The notes under the pieces were generated by a model that was not told the origin of the DNA, did no database searches, and saw only the letters and a program-made list of their open reading frames with translations. Below are positions 1 through 11,718 of a stretch of 64,000 bases of DNA, piece after piece; position 1 is the first letter of the stretch; each line of letters opens with the position of its first letter. The translations under genes and the position numbers were made by a program. Location: positions 2,621 through 66,620 of the forward strand of contig MGDU01000010.1 in the NCBI GenBank assembly GCA_001790815.1, read 5' to 3'. This DNA comes from Candidatus Uhrbacteria bacterium RIFCSPHIGHO2_02_FULL_46_47. GTDB taxonomy: Bacteria; Patescibacteriota; Patescibacteriia; GWA2-47-26.

Positions 1-193
1 TGTGGAAAACCCAAAGTTTGTAATGGTAACCCGTATTGATCGTCCCAAGGATGTCCAATTTGCCGAGTCCTCGGCCGCCCCGCTTTTTGGCGAAATTGCG
101 CGATTTTTACTGCAATATTACGAGATTAAGCCAACCCGGCCGATTGTACAACACTGAGTGTGGTACAATATACGGAAGCTCAGCCTCCGTAAT

Positions 194-904
194 ATGCGCA
201 ATATCAATTTCTATAATGGAGGATTTTATCACATTTATAATCGCGGTGCATTAAAAGAACCGATTTTTTTAGAAGTGAATGACTATGTGCGATTTGTGCA
301 TGATCTGTACGAATTTAACGATGTAAATTATACTATTGATTTTCGGAAGATAACAGGAAGCTCAGCTTCCGTTGCATCCACGGAAGCTGAGCTTCCGAGC
401 ATTAAAAAGCCGCAGCGTGAGCCGGTGGTGGCGATCATATCATGGTGCTTGATGCCAAATCATTTTCATCTTTTCTTACAACAGCTGAAGGATGGTGGTA
501 TAAGTTTTTTTATGCATAAACTCGGCACCGGATACACCAACTATATTAATCGAAAATATGAAGAGCGGAGCGGACACCTTTTTCAAGGAAGATTTAAGGC
601 AAAACATATTGGGCAAGAAGGATATTTTTTACATATTTCGCGTTATATTCATCTGAATCCTGTGGATTTGATTGAGTCAGGATGGAAAGAAGATGGGATC
701 AAAGATTGGAATAAAATACAAGAATTTTTGGAAAATTACCGTTGGTCTAGTTACCAAGATTGGGTTGGGAAGAAAAATTTTCCATCTGTGTTGAATTTGA
801 ATGGAGTGGAGAAGATTTTTGAAGGTGCAGAAAAATATACAAGGTTTATGAAAGAATGGGCAACTGGAAATTATCAGCCGATAAAAAGTTTAGTTGCGGG
901 ATAA
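194..904 (+). CDS. REP-associated tyrosine transposase (RAYT, Y1 HuH transposase, IS200-like)
   Basis: Motif I FYHIYNRG, HuH motif MPNHFHLFL, catalytic-Tyr region SRYIHLNP. Start moved from 158 to the Met preceding motif I; about 17 aa (ITGSSASVASTEAELPS) between motif I and HuH are encoded by an inserted REP doublet. Confidence 0.8.
   Translation: MRNINFYNGGFYHIYNRGALKEPIFLEVNDYVRFVHDLYEFNDVNYTIDFRKITGSSASVASTEAELPSIKKPQREPVVAIISWCLMPNHFHLFLQQLKDGGISFFMHKLGTGYTNYINRKYEERSGHLFQGRFKAKHIGQEGYFLHISRYIHLNPVDLIESGWKEDGIKDWNKIQEFLENYRWSSYQDWVGKKNFPSVLNLNGVEKIFEGAEKYTRFMKEWATGNYQPIKSLVAG
356..396. repeat. REP-like palindrome doublet (family A, GGAAGCTCAGCTTCC) in-frame inside the RAYT gene
   Basis: Two 15-bp palindromes in inverted orientation separated by 11 nt; same element at 909-948 and 62243-62279. 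Confidence 0.8.
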
Positions 905-908
905 TATT

Positions 909-948
909 CGAAGCTGAGCTTCCGTAAATTACGGAAGCTCAGCTTCCG
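909..948. repeat. REP-like palindrome doublet (family A) downstream of RAYT
   Basis: cgaagctgagcttccg-taaatta-cggaagctcagcttccg, a 40-bp composite palindrome. Confidence 0.8.
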
Positions 949-999
949 ATCCATCACTTATTGTGGATAACTTTGAAATGCCATTTAATGACGTTTTTA

Positions 1000-1008
1000 T
1001 GGTATAAT
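1000..1008 (+). promoter_or_regulatory. extended -10 promoter (TGgTATAAT) for the giant surface protein gene
   Basis: Perfect TGnTATAAT 18 nt upstream of the ATG at 1026, with a GGAGGG RBS at 1015-1020. Confidence 0.5.
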
Positions 1009-1025
1009 ATCAAGCGGAGGGACAT

Positions 1026-4000
1026 ATGAGGAAAATATCCCTATTTCTCCTATTTCTTTTAATAGGAGGCGCTGTCATATTTGGCCGTGCCTTAACGGTT
1101 TTTGCTGTTGCCGGGATTCCAAAAGTAATTAATCACCAAGGACGGCTTCTTGACAGTAGTGGCAATTTGCTTGGCGGATCCGGGACCAATTATTGTTTCC
1201 GATTTTCCATTTATGATGATGTAACCGTGGGCGCTCCGGACACCAAAGTTTGGCCAGCTGGCACGCCTTCTACCATGACCGCGCAGGTGCGCAATGGGGT
1301 GTTTAATGTAGGGATAGGGGATACGGCGGCCGGCGGCGATACACTGGATTTTAATTTTCAAGATAATGATACTGTATTTTTGAATGTGGAAGTTGCCGCG
1401 CAAATAAGTAGCTCATGCGCAGGAGTAACATTTGAAACTTTAAGTCCGCGCCAGCGCGTAGCTTCTTCCGGGTACGCGATTAATGCTGATACAGTTGACG
1501 GGCTTAATCCCGGCACTGGCGCGAACAATCTTTTGAAACTTGGTTCATCCGGCGAGATCGCGCTTGGCGGAACTACTTATTTGACTGCCGCCGGCGCGCT
1601 TTCAAACATCGCAAGTCTTACCGGTTCAGGCGCGCTGACTATTACTTCAAGCGCCTCTGGCGCGATTACTCTTGATGCCGCTTCAAATGTGGTTGCTATT
1701 GCGGCGGGCGATGAATTACAACTTGGCACGGCCGCGGCAGACCCTACTGGCGCAAACGGCCGCGTATTTTATAACACGGCAACCAATAAGTTCCGCTGTT
1801 ATGAAAATGGCGCGTGGGCTAATTGCATTGGCGCGGGCGGGAGCAGTACTTTGCAAGATGCCTATGGCAATGGAAATACCATTACCACAACTGATGCCCG
1901 CAACATTCTTTTTTCACTTGCAGATACTGCGACAGATTCGGATTTTATCATAGATCTTTTAGGCACTGGCAACATATTTGAAGTGCGCGATAGCGGCGTA
2001 GCTGTCGTGACTGTGGCCGATGGCGGCGCGACAACCTTTACCGGCGCGGTTACAGCCAATGGTAATATCAATTTTGACGATGCTGGCGCAGATACGATTT
2101 CAATCGGCGCTGCAGCAGATACCGTGACAATTACCTCTGACACCCTGTCTTTGACCGACAATAACTGGACAATTTCCACAGTGGGCGCGGCTTCTTTTGC
2201 CTCGCTTTCGGTGGGCGGCGTTTCTGATCCCTACGTGGACGAAACCGGAGACACCATGACCGGATCACTGACTTTCTCCGCAGTTGCCACTGACCTTACC
2301 ACTGGCGTGAATGAAGCCCTGACCATCTCTCCCAATGGCACTGGCGACTTGGTGGTTGACACAGACGCTGACACCACCCTGACCTTAAACGGCGGAGGAG
2401 ACGGAGTTGATTCTCTGGTGCTTACCGACGGCGATATTCTTGTTTCTGACGGCGATCTTGACCTTTCCGGCGGGGACTTCAATGTTACGCTGGATGCCGG
2501 CGATACGGCCAACATTTCCAAAACCTCAGCCAATGCCGGGGATGTGGTGGCTTTAGCCGGCACCTCAGTCAATGCCATTGACGTGCTGGATCTCTCCGCC
2601 ACCTCTATAGCTGACGCGGTAGCGGATGCCATAAACGGCTTGGTAATTAACTGGACTGAATCCACTGACGCTGACACTTTCACTGCCTTAAACATCGGCA
2701 ATACCACCACCACCAATTCCGCCACCACCGGCATTTCCCTCGGCACAGGTTACGACACCGACTTAAACGCCACGACCGACCTGACTCTGGGCATCGGCGG
2801 AACGAATGAACTCACCATCACCTCCACGGCCACATCTCCCTCCACCTCAGACGGCAATGCTCTGGGCACCACCTCCTTAATGTGGGGCGATCTGTTCCTG
2901 GCCTCGGGCGGAGTGATCAACTTTGACAATGGGGATGTTACCCTCACCCATGCCGCTAATGCGCTCACCATGGCTGGAGGAAATCTAACAGTTACTCAAC
3001 CTGTGTTTACTTCCGGTTCGCCTTTCGGCTTAACCTTCACCGGCGGGGCGCATACCACGCTTGCGGCTGGAACGCAGGCAAAAGACATATACTTCAATCT
3101 TGGACGGACAGTGCAGTTTGCAACCGGAGCGTTGGCTAATCAGGAAGTAATTACGATTGACGCTCCGACTTACGCTTTCGTGGGAGCCTCAACGCTTACA
3201 GAGGCAACAACATTAAACATCTCCGGTGCGCCTCAACAAGGCACAAACGCCACGATTACAAACGCTTACGGACTTACGATTAGCCAAACCAATTACGCTA
3301 GCGCAAATGCCGTCCAGTCATTGATTGAAATGCCCGGGATTTCCAACGGAGCCGGAGCAATAACATCCCGTATAGGATTAATCATTGCTGATGCGGGCGC
3401 TAACATATCGCTTGGCAATCAAACCGCTACGCTTACTTTACTTAAAGGGCTTAGTATCAATACGGTAACCTATGAGTCCACCACAAATACCCGAACTGTC
3501 ACAAACGCGATAGGGGCAACCATAGCCGCGCCGTCTTCAGGTACGAATGTGACAATGAACACCGTTGTTGCTCTTGTCCTTGGCGATGACAACACACAGG
3601 CTAGCCAAACAGGATTTGCGTACGCGGATTTGGTAACCGGCGGCAACACTTTGACGCTTACTGGCACAACACAGCTCACCAACGTGCCTTCAATTTCTAG
3701 TGTCAATGTTGGCGCAACTACGATAACGGACGCTTCGGCGATTACGGTAGACAGCGTGGCCAGTGTTTATATTGAGGGAGCTCCAATCGCGGCAGGGTCG
3801 GTGACGCTTACGAATGCTTATGCGTTGTGGGTGGATGCGGGGGCTATTAGATTTGATGATCAAATCCAATGGGGAGCAGGTGTTGCAGTTACAGCAGGGA
3901 ATTATTCTGTCGGGAGAAACGCTGATGGTACGAATCTATTGCAACTTAACGTGCCAACTGGCTCAACACACGAGTTTTCCGTGAACGATGTTTCCCAAGT

Positions 4001-7000
4001 CAATGTGGGATTGGGCGGATTTAGCTTCCCTACTGGTGCCGCAATAACCGCGGCTGGTTATCAAGTTCTCCGCGATGCCGATGGAACGAATCAATTGCAT
4101 TTTAATGTTCCGACTGGAGCCACCTTTGAATGGTCGGTAAATGATGTTGCGGAGATGACGCTTTCGGCAACGGCGGTGAATTTTCAGAACAATTCCTTGA
4201 CTACGACTGGCGGTGGTTCGCTTACCGGTACTTGGACTGATTTGGGAAGCGTAACAACGATAGATATTAACGGCGGCACCATTGATGGCGCGACAATCGG
4301 CGGAGCGGTTGCAGGTGCAATCACTGGTACAACTATCACCGCTAATACCAATTTTGTCCCGGACGCGGATGACGGAGCTGGACTGGGTATTTCTGGTACA
4401 GCTTTCTCAGATTTGTTCTTAGCTTCTGGCGCAGTCATCAACTTCGCGGCTGGCGATGTAACGCTCACGCACGCTTCCAACTCCCTCGCAGTAGCCGGCG
4501 GCGACCTGAATGTGGATATTATTGATGGGCAAACTATTAACCTGGACGGGGATGCCAGCCCGACTGCGGATCTGGTAACCATTGGCTCTGGGGACACTTC
4601 GGCCACCGGCGGAGTGGACGCGCTACAGCTTACTTTCGGAACCTCCAATGTTTCAGGAAATGTCATTGATATTACACCGAGTTATGCCGGCGGAGCTACG
4701 GATCTTCTTTCCTACAAAATCATTGATATTGACGCTTTTTCTCCCACCAACGGCGCTGGCACTGATGGAGTTACTGGGATTGACTTTGGCGCGCTGACTG
4801 ACCCAGGCGCCACCATCAATTCTTTTGCCATGAATTTTGGCACGGGTTGGGACACGGATATCAACGCCGTTACCTCTTTGGAAATTGGCATTGGCGGCAC
4901 CAATGAGCTGGCACTCACGGCCACGGCTCTTGCTCCCTCCACCTCGGACGGCAATGCCCTGGGCACCACCGCCTTGATGTGGTCCGACCTGTTCCTCGCT
5001 TCGGGTGGAGTGATCAACTTTGACAACGGAGATGTTACTTTGACGCATGCGGCCAATGCGTTGACCATGGCTGGAGGAAACTTGACCGTCACCCAGCCGG
5101 TGTTTACTTCAGGTTCTCCTACCGGCTTGACCTTTACTGGCGGGGCGCATACAACACTTGCGGCGGGAACACAGGCAATAGACATAAACTTCAATCTTGC
5201 CCGAACAGTTCAATTCGCCACTGGCGCGTTAGCCAACCAAAGCGCGATAAACATCAGCGCGCCGACTTATGGTTTTGTCGGGGCTTCAACACTTACTACT
5301 GCGGAGTTGCTTACGTTAAGCGGATTTCCTCAGGCCGGAACAAACGCCACAATTACAAACGAGCGGATACTCCATATTGCCTCAGGCACAGCCAATGCCG
5401 GTATCGCATACAGTTTTTTCATTGATATGCCGGGGATTGCCAACGGCTTTGGCGCAATGACGAGCTTAGAGGGCATAATGCTCTCTGCGGGAGGCAATGT
5501 TTCTTTAGGGAACCAAACTGCTACTCTTTCTAATCTGATTGGGCTTAGCATTGATACTGTAACTTACGAGTCCACGACAAATGTAAGAACAGTGACAAAT
5601 GCAGTGGGAATGGTAATCTCTGCGCCATCTTCCGGTTCAAATGTCGTGATGAACACAGTGATAGCGGGCGCCTTTGGCGGAGATACAACGCAGGTGAGCC
5701 AGACAGCATTCCAATATGTGGATATTTTAACCGGCGGCAATACCCTGACGCTTACCGGCACAACGCAATTAACAGGAGCACCTTCAATTTCCAGCATTGC
5801 TGTTGATCCAATTACCATTACCGACGCTTCGGCAGTAACGGTTGATAACGCGGCAAGCGTGTACATCACGGGCGCGCCTATTGCGGCAGGGTTAGTTACG
5901 CTTACCAATGCTTATGCGCTTTGGGTTGATGCTGGGGCTATTAGATTTGATGACCATGTTCAATGGGGAGCAGGCGTTGCGGTTACAGCAGGAAATTATT
6001 CTGTCGGAAGAAATGCGGATGGTACGAATCTATTGCAGTATAACGTCCCGACTGGCTCAACGCATGAGTTTTCCGTGAATGATGTTTCCCAAGTCAATGC
6101 GGGATTGGGCGGATTTAGTTTCCCTACTGGTGCCGCAGTTACGGCGGCTGGTTATCAAGTTCTCCGCGATGCAGATGGTACAAATCAACTACATTTCAAT
6201 GTGCCCACAGGAGCTACCTTTGAATGGAGTGTAAACGATGTTGCCGAGATGACGCTTTCCGCAACGGCGGTGAACTTCCAGAATAATTCCTTGACTACGA
6301 CTGGCGGCGGTTCTCTTACGGGTACTTGGTCGGATTTGGGAAGTGTAACAACGATAGATATAAATGGAGGTACGGTGGACGGAGTAACGATTGGCGGAGC
6401 AGTGGCTGGAGCGATTACGGGAACGACCATCACAGCTACTACAAGTTTTGTAAGTGCAGTAGGTTCTGCCGCCGCTCCTACTTACACTTTCACAGGCGAT
6501 ACGAATACAGGAATGTCCGCGGCTACGGCTGATACGCTTATTCTCTCCACAGCTGGTGTCGCAGGATTAACGATTGATCCGACCCAGGACTTTACCCTAA
6601 CACAAGGCGTTTCTGCGACTGGTTCTCCTACCGGCCTTACCTTTACCGGTGGGGCGCATACTACGCTCGCGGCCAGTACAGAGGCGAGAGATGTTTACTT
6701 TGACCTTTCCAGAACAGTGCAGTTTGCAACAGGTGATATTACAGTGCAACGAGCAATGGTTATTGACGCGCCGACTTACGCGGCAGTTGGAGCAAGCAAC
6801 TTCACGCATACTTATGGTGTAGTCATTGACGGTGCGCCCAATCCGGGTACGAATGTTACATTTACCGGAATTTCCTCGGCTTTGAATATCGGGAATATGG
6901 ATAACGGGAACAATTATAGTCAAACAGAAGTTATTCATGGAATCGCCATGATTCCGGGTATTGCCAATGGTACGGGTGCCGTGGCAGAGCGCGGAGCATT

Positions 7001-10000
7001 TACCACTGCTCCGCCTGATTCAGGAATCCACCTTGGCAATCAAACCGCGACTTTGGATCTTCTTTATGGAATGGGTGCATTTGGCGGCCCGGTTGATTCA
7101 ACTACCAATACCCGCACGGTTACAAATGCCGCCACGCTTTATATTGATGGGCCGTTCAGCAATGCCGGAAATGTCACTTTCACCAACGGGCCTTATTCGC
7201 TTTGGGTGGATGCGGGGGCTATTAGATTTGATGATCAAATCCAATGGGGAGCAGGAGTTGCAGTTACAGCAGGGAATTATTCTGTTGGGAGAAACGCAGA
7301 TGGTACTAACTTAATGCAATTTAATGTACCTACTGGAGCGGCTTTTGAGTTCTCAATCAACGATGTTGCTCAAATTACTGGTGGTCTAGGGGCATGGAAT
7401 TATGCGGCTGGAGCTAGTTTTGCTGGAGGAGCCGCAAATTACATCATCGGAAGAAATGCTGACGGAACAAACCTCATGCAGTATAACGTCCCAACAGGAG
7501 CTTCGCATGAGTTTTCAATCAATGATGTTGCGCAAATAGCTATAGGTGGAGGTCAATTTTCCTTCATCACGGGTACGGCGACCGCTGGGGCTAGTTATTC
7601 TGTTGGACGAAATGCCGATGGTACGAATTTAATGCAGTACAATGTTCCGACTGGAGCTTCGCATGAGTTCTCTGTGAATGATGTTACCGAAATGACCCTC
7701 TCCGCAACAGCGGTGAATTTTCAGGATAATTCAATCACTACGACTGGCGGCGGTTCGCTTACGGGCACTTGGACTGACTTGGGTTCAGTTACCACGGTAG
7801 ACATCAACGGCGGAACGATTGATGGTGTAACTATTGGCGGAGCAGTTGCAGGGGCAATCACTGGTACAACTATCACAGTTAATACTAATCTTGTGCCAGA
7901 CGCGAATGACGGTGCAGGTCTTGGTATTTCTGGCACAGCATTTAGTGACTTGTTCTTAGCTTCTGGGGGAGTCATTAACTGGGCGGCAGGGGATGTAACA
8001 CTTACTCATGCCACAGATGCGCTCACCATGGCTGGAGGAAACTTGACCGTTACCCAGCCTGTGTTCACTTCCGGCTCACCCACCGGTCTTACCTTCACGG
8101 GCGGGGCGCATACCACGCTAACGGCTGGCAATCTTATTGATGTCAACTTCAACCTTGCTCGCACTGTTCAATTCACAACAGGTGCCGCGTTTGATTATTA
8201 CGGGGTTCAGATTTCGGCTCCGACTCTTGGAGCCACCGCCGCCACACAGACCATCTCAGGAACTACAATGTTTATCGGTGGCGGTCCAATAGCTGGAACG
8301 AATGTAACATTGAGTGGAAGCACCGCGCTAGAAGTGGACGGCTGGTTTTCCAATTCAGATATCGCGGATACCGTGTTTATTGATTATCCAGAGATCGCTA
8401 CTGGATTTGGCGCGGCGACAGAACGAGCCGCCTTAAGGATCGGAGGTGATACCTTCATTCTTGGTAATCAGACCGCCACTTTGACCGATCTGGCGGCCAT
8501 TAGCATTGGTCAAGCTACTTTCACATCCACCGACCTTGTCCGAACTGTTACCAATCCAAGCGCAATTTACATCGAGGGCGCGCCAGTGGCGAGTACGAAT
8601 GTTACTTTCACCAACGGGCCTTATTCCCTTTTTGTGGATGCCGGCGCCGCGCGGTTTGACGGCGCGGTGGCTTTGGGCGCCCAGCAATCGCTTACGGTGA
8701 ACTCAACCACCCCATCTGTTTCAGCTGGTTCCCACTTTGTTACGGCCAATTCTGCTGGAACGGTTATTAGCAATTTCACCAGCGGCCACAATGGGCAGAT
8801 CCTTGTCGTGGAAATCAACGACGCCAATACTGATTTTGACTGCACCGCTTCAAACCTTAATTGCGGTGGCGCGGACATCACCACTCCCGCGGCCGGAGAT
8901 CTTTTCACCTTCGCGTACGACGGCACGAACTGGAACCTCATCAACTGGATGGATACCTCCGCGACCCAAACCGGCGCGGATATTGCGGAATATATGTATG
9001 CGGATGCGGAGATTGCGCCAGGAACTGTGGTAGTGGCGCACCCAACGCGCAAAGAAGCTGTTATGGCGGGCGCGAAAGCTTATGACGCGACAGTGGTGGG
9101 CATTATTTCAGACGTTGAAGGTAAGTTGAGCGATATTCGACCGGGTCTCGTGCTTGGTGAAGGTCGCGGTAATGTGCCGGTCACTCTTGCCGGACGCGTG
9201 ATGGCGGCGTTTGATTTACAAAATGGTCTAGCATTTCCGGGCGATCCGCTTACCACCAGTACTAACGGCCGGCTGATGGTGGCTAAAAAAGCCGGCCCGA
9301 TTGTGGGCAAGGCCTTGAGTTTGGCCGAAAACGGATATGTGGTCGCTATGGTGAGCGTGGGTTGGTACAATCCCACGGATCTTTCACAAGTAAGCCAGGA
9401 GATGGAGGATTTGCGCGAACAAGTAAGAATCGCGCAAGCGGAAACTGCTCCAATAGAATTTACGCTGGAAGCCATGCAAAAGTTGGATGTTCGGGTTGCT
9501 AATCTTGAAACTTTGATTGCCGAACCGATAGAAGAGTTGTCAATACTTTCCAATCGCGTGGGAACCCTTGCGGATGCTTATGCGGAGGCGATAATATGGC
9601 GCGCAAGTGTTGAGACACAACTTATCGCGTTTACTGGTCGAACTGATACGCTGGAGGCGCGGGTAAATGCGATTGATCCTGTGCTTGAGGATTTGAAAAA
9701 TCGTTTGAGCGCGGTTGAGAATCCGTCACTGAGTGATGGTTCGGAAAATCACTCAGTGACAACGTTGGATTTGAGTAAGCTGGAATTGTCAGGCAGTTTG
9801 ACATTGCAAAGTGGGGCAACGATTTCCGGTGGTTTGCGCGTGGATAGCGTGAGCGCAATAGGGGATCTGCTGGCACTGATGAGTGATGTGAACTTTATTG
9901 GCCGGCCGTACTTTAACGCGGATACCGGAGGATTCGCACTTGTGAAAAAAGGTGAACGTGAGGTGCGAGTGGCGTTTACGCAAGAGTATTTGGAACAGCC

Positions 10001-10649
10001 GGTGGTAAACGCGACAATTTCACTTGAAGCCCTTGATGAATCAGCGCTTACGGAAGATCAGCGCGCTTTGCTTGATGAAGCGCAGAAAAAAGATTTGCTT
10101 GCCCAGATGCAGAGCGAACAAGAAGAGGCGCTTTTTACAAGTGGGGTGCGCTACTTGGTAACGCGCAAGAGTACCAAAGGATTTACGATTCTTTTGAGCG
10201 CGGCCGCTCCATCAGATGTGCGATTTAGCTGGATCGCGCTGGCAGTGAAGAACGCACGAACGCACACGAAAGTTGAAGATACACTAACGGACACGAACAC
10301 AAGTAGCGCGGCACTTGATGTGCCGCTGGAGGCACCCTCACCCCCGCAGTCATCCGACGCGGCTACGAACCCTCTCCCTGCGGGAGAGGGAGTAGTTTCT
10401 CCTCCGGATGATGCGGCGGTTCTTGAACCTGCCACAGAGCCCACGCCGGAAGGGCTAAGTCCTGTCGCAGGGCTTAGCCCTGAAACCAGCAACGCCCCAG
10501 AACCTGCACCTGAGCCAGTCGGGTCATCCGACCCGACTGCCCCGTCGGATGACGGGGCAGAACCCGCACCGGAAACCGCACCAGAGGCCACGCCAACCTC
10601 TGATATTTCATCCACAGATAGCATAGTTGCCACAGAGGAAACGCCATGA
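1026..10649 (+). CDS. giant (3207 aa) secreted/surface repeat protein, fibre/adhesin-like
   Basis: N-terminal signal/TM ([14 protein letters not shown]). Thr/Gly/Ala/Asn-rich beta-repeat modules are reiterated ([44 protein letters not shown] x3-4; [36 protein letters not shown] x3+). A C-terminal globular segment ([23 protein letters not shown]...WYNP) is followed by a coiled coil and a Pro/Ala/Glu-rich tail. The strand is uninterrupted for 9.6 kb. Confidence 0.85.
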   Translation: MRKISLFLLFLLIGGAVIFGRALTVFAVAGIPKVINHQGRLLDSSGNLLGGSGTNYCFRFSIYDDVTVGAPDTKVWPAGTPSTMTAQVRNGVFNVGIGDTAAGGDTLDFNFQDNDTVFLNVEVAAQISSSCAGVTFETLSPRQRVASSGYAINADTVDGLNPGTGANNLLKLGSSGEIALGGTTYLTAAGALSNIASLTGSGALTITSSASGAITLDAASNVVAIAAGDELQLGTAAADPTGANGRVFYNTATNKFRCYENGAWANCIGAGGSSTLQDAYGNGNTITTTDARNILFSLADTATDSDFIIDLLGTGNIFEVRDSGVAVVTVADGGATTFTGAVTANGNINFDDAGADTISIGAAADTVTITSDTLSLTDNNWTISTVGAASFASLSVGGVSDPYVDETGDTMTGSLTFSAVATDLTTGVNEALTISPNGTGDLVVDTDADTTLTLNGGGDGVDSLVLTDGDILVSDGDLDLSGGDFNVTLDAGDTANISKTSANAGDVVALAGTSVNAIDVLDLSATSIADAVADAINGLVINWTESTDADTFTALNIGNTTTTNSATTGISLGTGYDTDLNATTDLTLGIGGTNELTITSTATSPSTSDGNALGTTSLMWGDLFLASGGVINFDNGDVTLTHAANALTMAGGNLTVTQPVFTSGSPFGLTFTGGAHTTLAAGTQAKDIYFNLGRTVQFATGALANQEVITIDAPTYAFVGASTLTEATTLNISGAPQQGTNATITNAYGLTISQTNYASANAVQSLIEMPGISNGAGAITSRIGLIIADAGANISLGNQTATLTLLKGLSINTVTYESTTNTRTVTNAIGATIAAPSSGTNVTMNTVVALVLGDDNTQASQTGFAYADLVTGGNTLTLTGTTQLTNVPSISSVNVGATTITDASAITVDSVASVYIEGAPIAAGSVTLTNAYALWVDAGAIRFDDQIQWGAGVAVTAGNYSVGRNADGTNLLQLNVPTGSTHEFSVNDVSQVNVGLGGFSFPTGAAITAAGYQVLRDADGTNQLHFNVPTGATFEWSVNDVAEMTLSATAVNFQNNSLTTTGGGSLTGTWTDLGSVTTIDINGGTIDGATIGGAVAGAITGTTITANTNFVPDADDGAGLGISGTAFSDLFLASGAVINFAAGDVTLTHASNSLAVAGGDLNVDIIDGQTINLDGDASPTADLVTIGSGDTSATGGVDALQLTFGTSNVSGNVIDITPSYAGGATDLLSYKIIDIDAFSPTNGAGTDGVTGIDFGALTDPGATINSFAMNFGTGWDTDINAVTSLEIGIGGTNELALTATALAPSTSDGNALGTTALMWSDLFLASGGVINFDNGDVTLTHAANALTMAGGNLTVTQPVFTSGSPTGLTFTGGAHTTLAAGTQAIDINFNLARTVQFATGALANQSAINISAPTYGFVGASTLTTAELLTLSGFPQAGTNATITNERILHIASGTANAGIAYSFFIDMPGIANGFGAMTSLEGIMLSAGGNVSLGNQTATLSNLIGLSIDTVTYESTTNVRTVTNAVGMVISAPSSGSNVVMNTVIAGAFGGDTTQVSQTAFQYVDILTGGNTLTLTGTTQLTGAPSISSIAVDPITITDASAVTVDNAASVYITGAPIAAGLVTLTNAYALWVDAGAIRFDDHVQWGAGVAVTAGNYSVGRNADGTNLLQYNVPTGSTHEFSVNDVSQVNAGLGGFSFPTGAAVTAAGYQVLRDADGTNQLHFNVPTGATFEWSVNDVAEMTLSATAVNFQNNSLTTTGGGSLTGTWSDLGSVTTIDINGGTVDGVTIGGAVAGAITGTTITATTSFVSAVGSAAAPTYTFTGDTNTGMSAATADTLILSTAGVAGLTIDPTQDFTLTQGVSATGSPTGLTFTGGAHTTLAASTEARDVYFDLSRTVQFATGDITVQRAMVIDAPTYAAVGASNFTHTYGVVIDGAPNPGTNVTFTGISSALNIGNMDNGNNYSQTEVIHGIAMIPGIANGTGAVAERGAFTTAPPDSGIHLGNQTATLDLLYGMGAFGGPVDSTTNTRTVTNAATLYIDGPFSNAGNVTFTNGPYSLWVDAGAIRFDDQIQWGAGVAVTAGNYSVGRNADGTNLMQFNVPTGAAFEFSINDVAQITGGLGAWNYAAGASFAGGAANYIIGRNADGTNLMQYNVPTGASHEFSINDVAQIAIGGGQFSFITGTATAGASYSVGRNADGTNLMQYNVPTGASHEFSVNDVTEMTLSATAVNFQDNSITTTGGGSLTGTWTDLGSVTTVDINGGTIDGVTIGGAVAGAITGTTITVNTNLVPDANDGAGLGISGTAFSDLFLASGGVINWAAGDVTLTHATDALTMAGGNLTVTQPVFTSGSPTGLTFTGGAHTTLTAGNLIDVNFNLARTVQFTTGAAFDYYGVQISAPTLGATAATQTISGTTMFIGGGPIAGTNVTLSGSTALEVDGWFSNSDIADTVFIDYPEIATGFGAATERAALRIGGDTFILGNQTATLTDLAAISIGQATFTSTDLVRTVTNPSAIYIEGAPVASTNVTFTNGPYSLFVDAGAARFDGAVALGAQQSLTVNSTTPSVSAGSHFVTANSAGTVISNFTSGHNGQILVVEINDANTDFDCTASNLNCGGADITTPAAGDLFTFAYDGTNWNLINWMDTSATQTGADIAEYMYADAEIAPGTVVVAHPTRKEAVMAGAKAYDATVVGIISDVEGKLSDIRPGLVLGEGRGNVPVTLAGRVMAAFDLQNGLAFPGDPLTTSTNGRLMVAKKAGPIVGKALSLAENGYVVAMVSVGWYNPTDLSQVSQEMEDLREQVRIAQAETAPIEFTLEAMQKLDVRVANLETLIAEPIEELSILSNRVGTLADAYAEAIIWRASVETQLIAFTGRTDTLEARVNAIDPVLEDLKNRLSAVENPSLSDGSENHSVTTLDLSKLELSGSLTLQSGATISGGLRVDSVSAIGDLLALMSDVNFIGRPYFNADTGGFALVKKGEREVRVAFTQEYLEQPVVNATISLEALDESALTEDQRALLDEAQKKDLLAQMQSEQEEALFTSGVRYLVTRKSTKGFTILLSAAAPSDVRFSWIALAVKNARTHTKVEDTLTDTNTSSAALDVPLEAPSPPQSSDAATNPLPAGEGVVSPPDDAAVLEPATEPTPEGLSPVAGLSPETSNAPEPAPEPVGSSDPTAPSDDGAEPAPETAPEATPTSDISSTDSIVATEETP
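2791..8130 (+). repeat. intragenic long tandem/mosaic repeats (about 2.1-kb period) within the giant gene
   Basis: 2791-4886 vs 4887-6980 align with roughly 80-85% DNA identity, by eye. A third partial copy with extra [23 protein letters not shown] sub-repeats lies at about 7190-8130. Confidence 0.75.
9723..9760. repeat. palindromic insertion element, family D (TCACTGAGTGAT..ATCACTCAGTGA), in-frame in the giant gene
   Basis: 14-bp perfect inverted repeat with 11-nt spacer; encodes [14 protein letters not shown] near-identical copy sits at 13290-13328. Confidence 0.75.
10335..10391. repeat. GC-rich palindromic insertion element, family C, in-frame in the giant-gene tail
   Basis: CCCTCACCCCC...CCCTCTCCCTGCGGGAGAGGGAG; encodes [20 protein letters not shown]. 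Confidence 0.6.
10452..10483. repeat. palindromic insertion element, family B (GGGCTTAGCCC pair), in-frame in the giant-gene tail
   Basis: agggctaagtcct..cagggcttagccctg; encodes [10 protein letters not shown]. Confidence 0.7.
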
Positions 10650-10687
10650 TATCATCATAATGATATTTACTCGCCATCATAAAATAT

Positions 10688-10969
10688 ATGAGTAATACGA
10701 TTGAAGTTACCACAAATGACATAATGGAGTTTTTGAAGGATAACATGGTGACGAAGGAGGATTTACGGGATGAAATTAAGAAGGTAAAAGATGAGATTCT
10801 TTCGCAACTGGCGGTAATGCAAAAAGAACTGGAAGACATTAAAGCGCGCCTTGATGATATTGAAGAAAGATTGAAAGATGACACGGATGCGCTCGCGCGC
10901 GATGTATTGCAATTGAGAGAGCGTGTGGTTGTGCTTGAAAAACAGCTTGGCATTCAAGTATTAATGTAA
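10688..10969 (+). CDS. small coiled-coil protein, hypothetical
   Basis: 93-aa ORF with heptad-like charged repeats (KEDLRDEIKKVKDEILSQLAVMQKELEDIKARLDDIEERLKD). Confidence 0.4.
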   Translation: MSNTIEVTTNDIMEFLKDNMVTKEDLRDEIKKVKDEILSQLAVMQKELEDIKARLDDIEERLKDDTDALARDVLQLRERVVVLEKQLGIQVLM

Positions 10970-11085
10970 TAATTTAAAAATAAGTATACAACTATGGGAA
11001 ATGCAAAACGACTCGCTACTCCTGAACCAACAACCGAGCCAGTTGCCACCGAAACCCAGCCGTGATATTATGACAGTTACTAAAT

Positions 11086-11133
11086 GTAGTCGCAGGTCTT
11101 TAGCCTGCGCGCAACCTAAAGAGTTGCGGCTAC
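11086..11133. repeat. REP/BIME-like element, family E (GTAG..hairpin(TCTTTAG loop)..hairpin(CTAAAGA loop)..CTAC)
   Basis: gtagtcGCAGGtctttagCCTGCgcGCAACctaaagaGTTGCggctac: two stem-loops with the conserved loop and different stems. Confidence 0.7.
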
Positions 11134-11153
11134 CTAATTATAATAAATAAAAT

Positions 11154-11549
11154 ATGGGAAATGCAAAACGTTTTGTTCCCCTAATTCTTTTTTTGCTACT
11201 TGTGGCCTCTGTCGCAGGAAATGCAATGCTGTATAAAAAGCTCAGAGTCCTTAAGCAAAATCCGCAAATGCTTGCACAAGAAGAAAATAAAGCCCTAGTT
11301 GCTAAAGTAGGCCAATTAATTGTTTTGCCTGAAGGCGAGGAGCCAACTGTTGCAACGGTAAATGAGCCGGAAAAACTCAAAGATCAGCCATTTTTCGCAA
11401 ATGCAAAACAAGGCGACAAGGTCTTGATTTACACTAAAGCGAAAAAAGCAATTTTGTATCGCACGGCGGAAAATAAGATTGTTGAAGTCGCGCCGGTAAA
11501 TATTGGTGAACAGCCAGCCGTAAGCGCGCCAGAGGCGCCTAAGGAATAG
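11154..11549 (+). CDS. small membrane-anchored protein, hypothetical
   Basis: 131 aa with N-terminal TM (FVPLILFLLLVASVAG); bracketed by inverted family-E elements. Confidence 0.5.
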   Translation: MGNAKRFVPLILFLLLVASVAGNAMLYKKLRVLKQNPQMLAQEENKALVAKVGQLIVLPEGEEPTVATVNEPEKLKDQPFFANAKQGDKVLIYTKAKKAILYRTAENKIVEVAPVNIGEQPAVSAPEAPKE

Positions 11550-11552
11550 TTT

Positions 11553-11607
11553 GTAGCCGCAACTCTTTAGGTTGCGCAATTGACGCCGGCTAAAGACCGG
11601 CGACTAC
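11553..11607. repeat. REP/BIME-like element, family E (inverted relative to the 11086 copy)
   Basis: gtagccGCAACtctttagGTTGCgcaattgacGCCGGctaaagaCCGGCgactac. Confidence 0.7.
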
Positions 11608-11620
11608 TAGATAACACGAA

Positions 11621-11666
11621 CCCTCACCCTCAATCCCTCTCCCCGAGGGAGAGGAAAGGTGAGGGG
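11621..11666. repeat. GC-rich palindromic element, family C (intergenic copy)
   Basis: ccctcaccctcaatccctctccccgagggagaggaaaggtgagggg: nested inverted repeats. Confidence 0.7.
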
Positions 11667-11718
11667 CACGCAAAGGGTATGGCAAAAACCATGCCTTTTT
11701 GGTATGATAAGGGAATGT

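Larger units (their letters stand above)
173..948 (+). mobile_element. RAYT (REP-associated tyrosine transposase, IS200/IS605 TnpA-like) gene bracketed by inverted REP-like palindromes
   Basis: HuH transposase ORF flanked at 173-189 and 909-948 by GGAAGCTCAGCTTCC-type palindromes in inverted orientation. A doublet of the same palindrome sits in-frame inside the ORF at 356-396. Confidence 0.65.

Noticed and set aside
1092-10633. Numerous minus-strand ORFs (e.g. 2231-2746, 4184-4666, 4712-5194, 9080-9553, 10151-10633) inside the giant gene
   Set aside because: They are antisense to a continuous 9.6-kb plus-strand ORF whose repeat structure and codon periodicity are clear. Their products are low-complexity Pro/Val/Ser artefacts of the GC-skewed repeat DNA.
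10650-10690. Palindrome TGATATCATCATAATGATATT after the giant gene as a terminator
   Set aside because: AT-only stem without a following U-run; not convincing as an intrinsic terminator.
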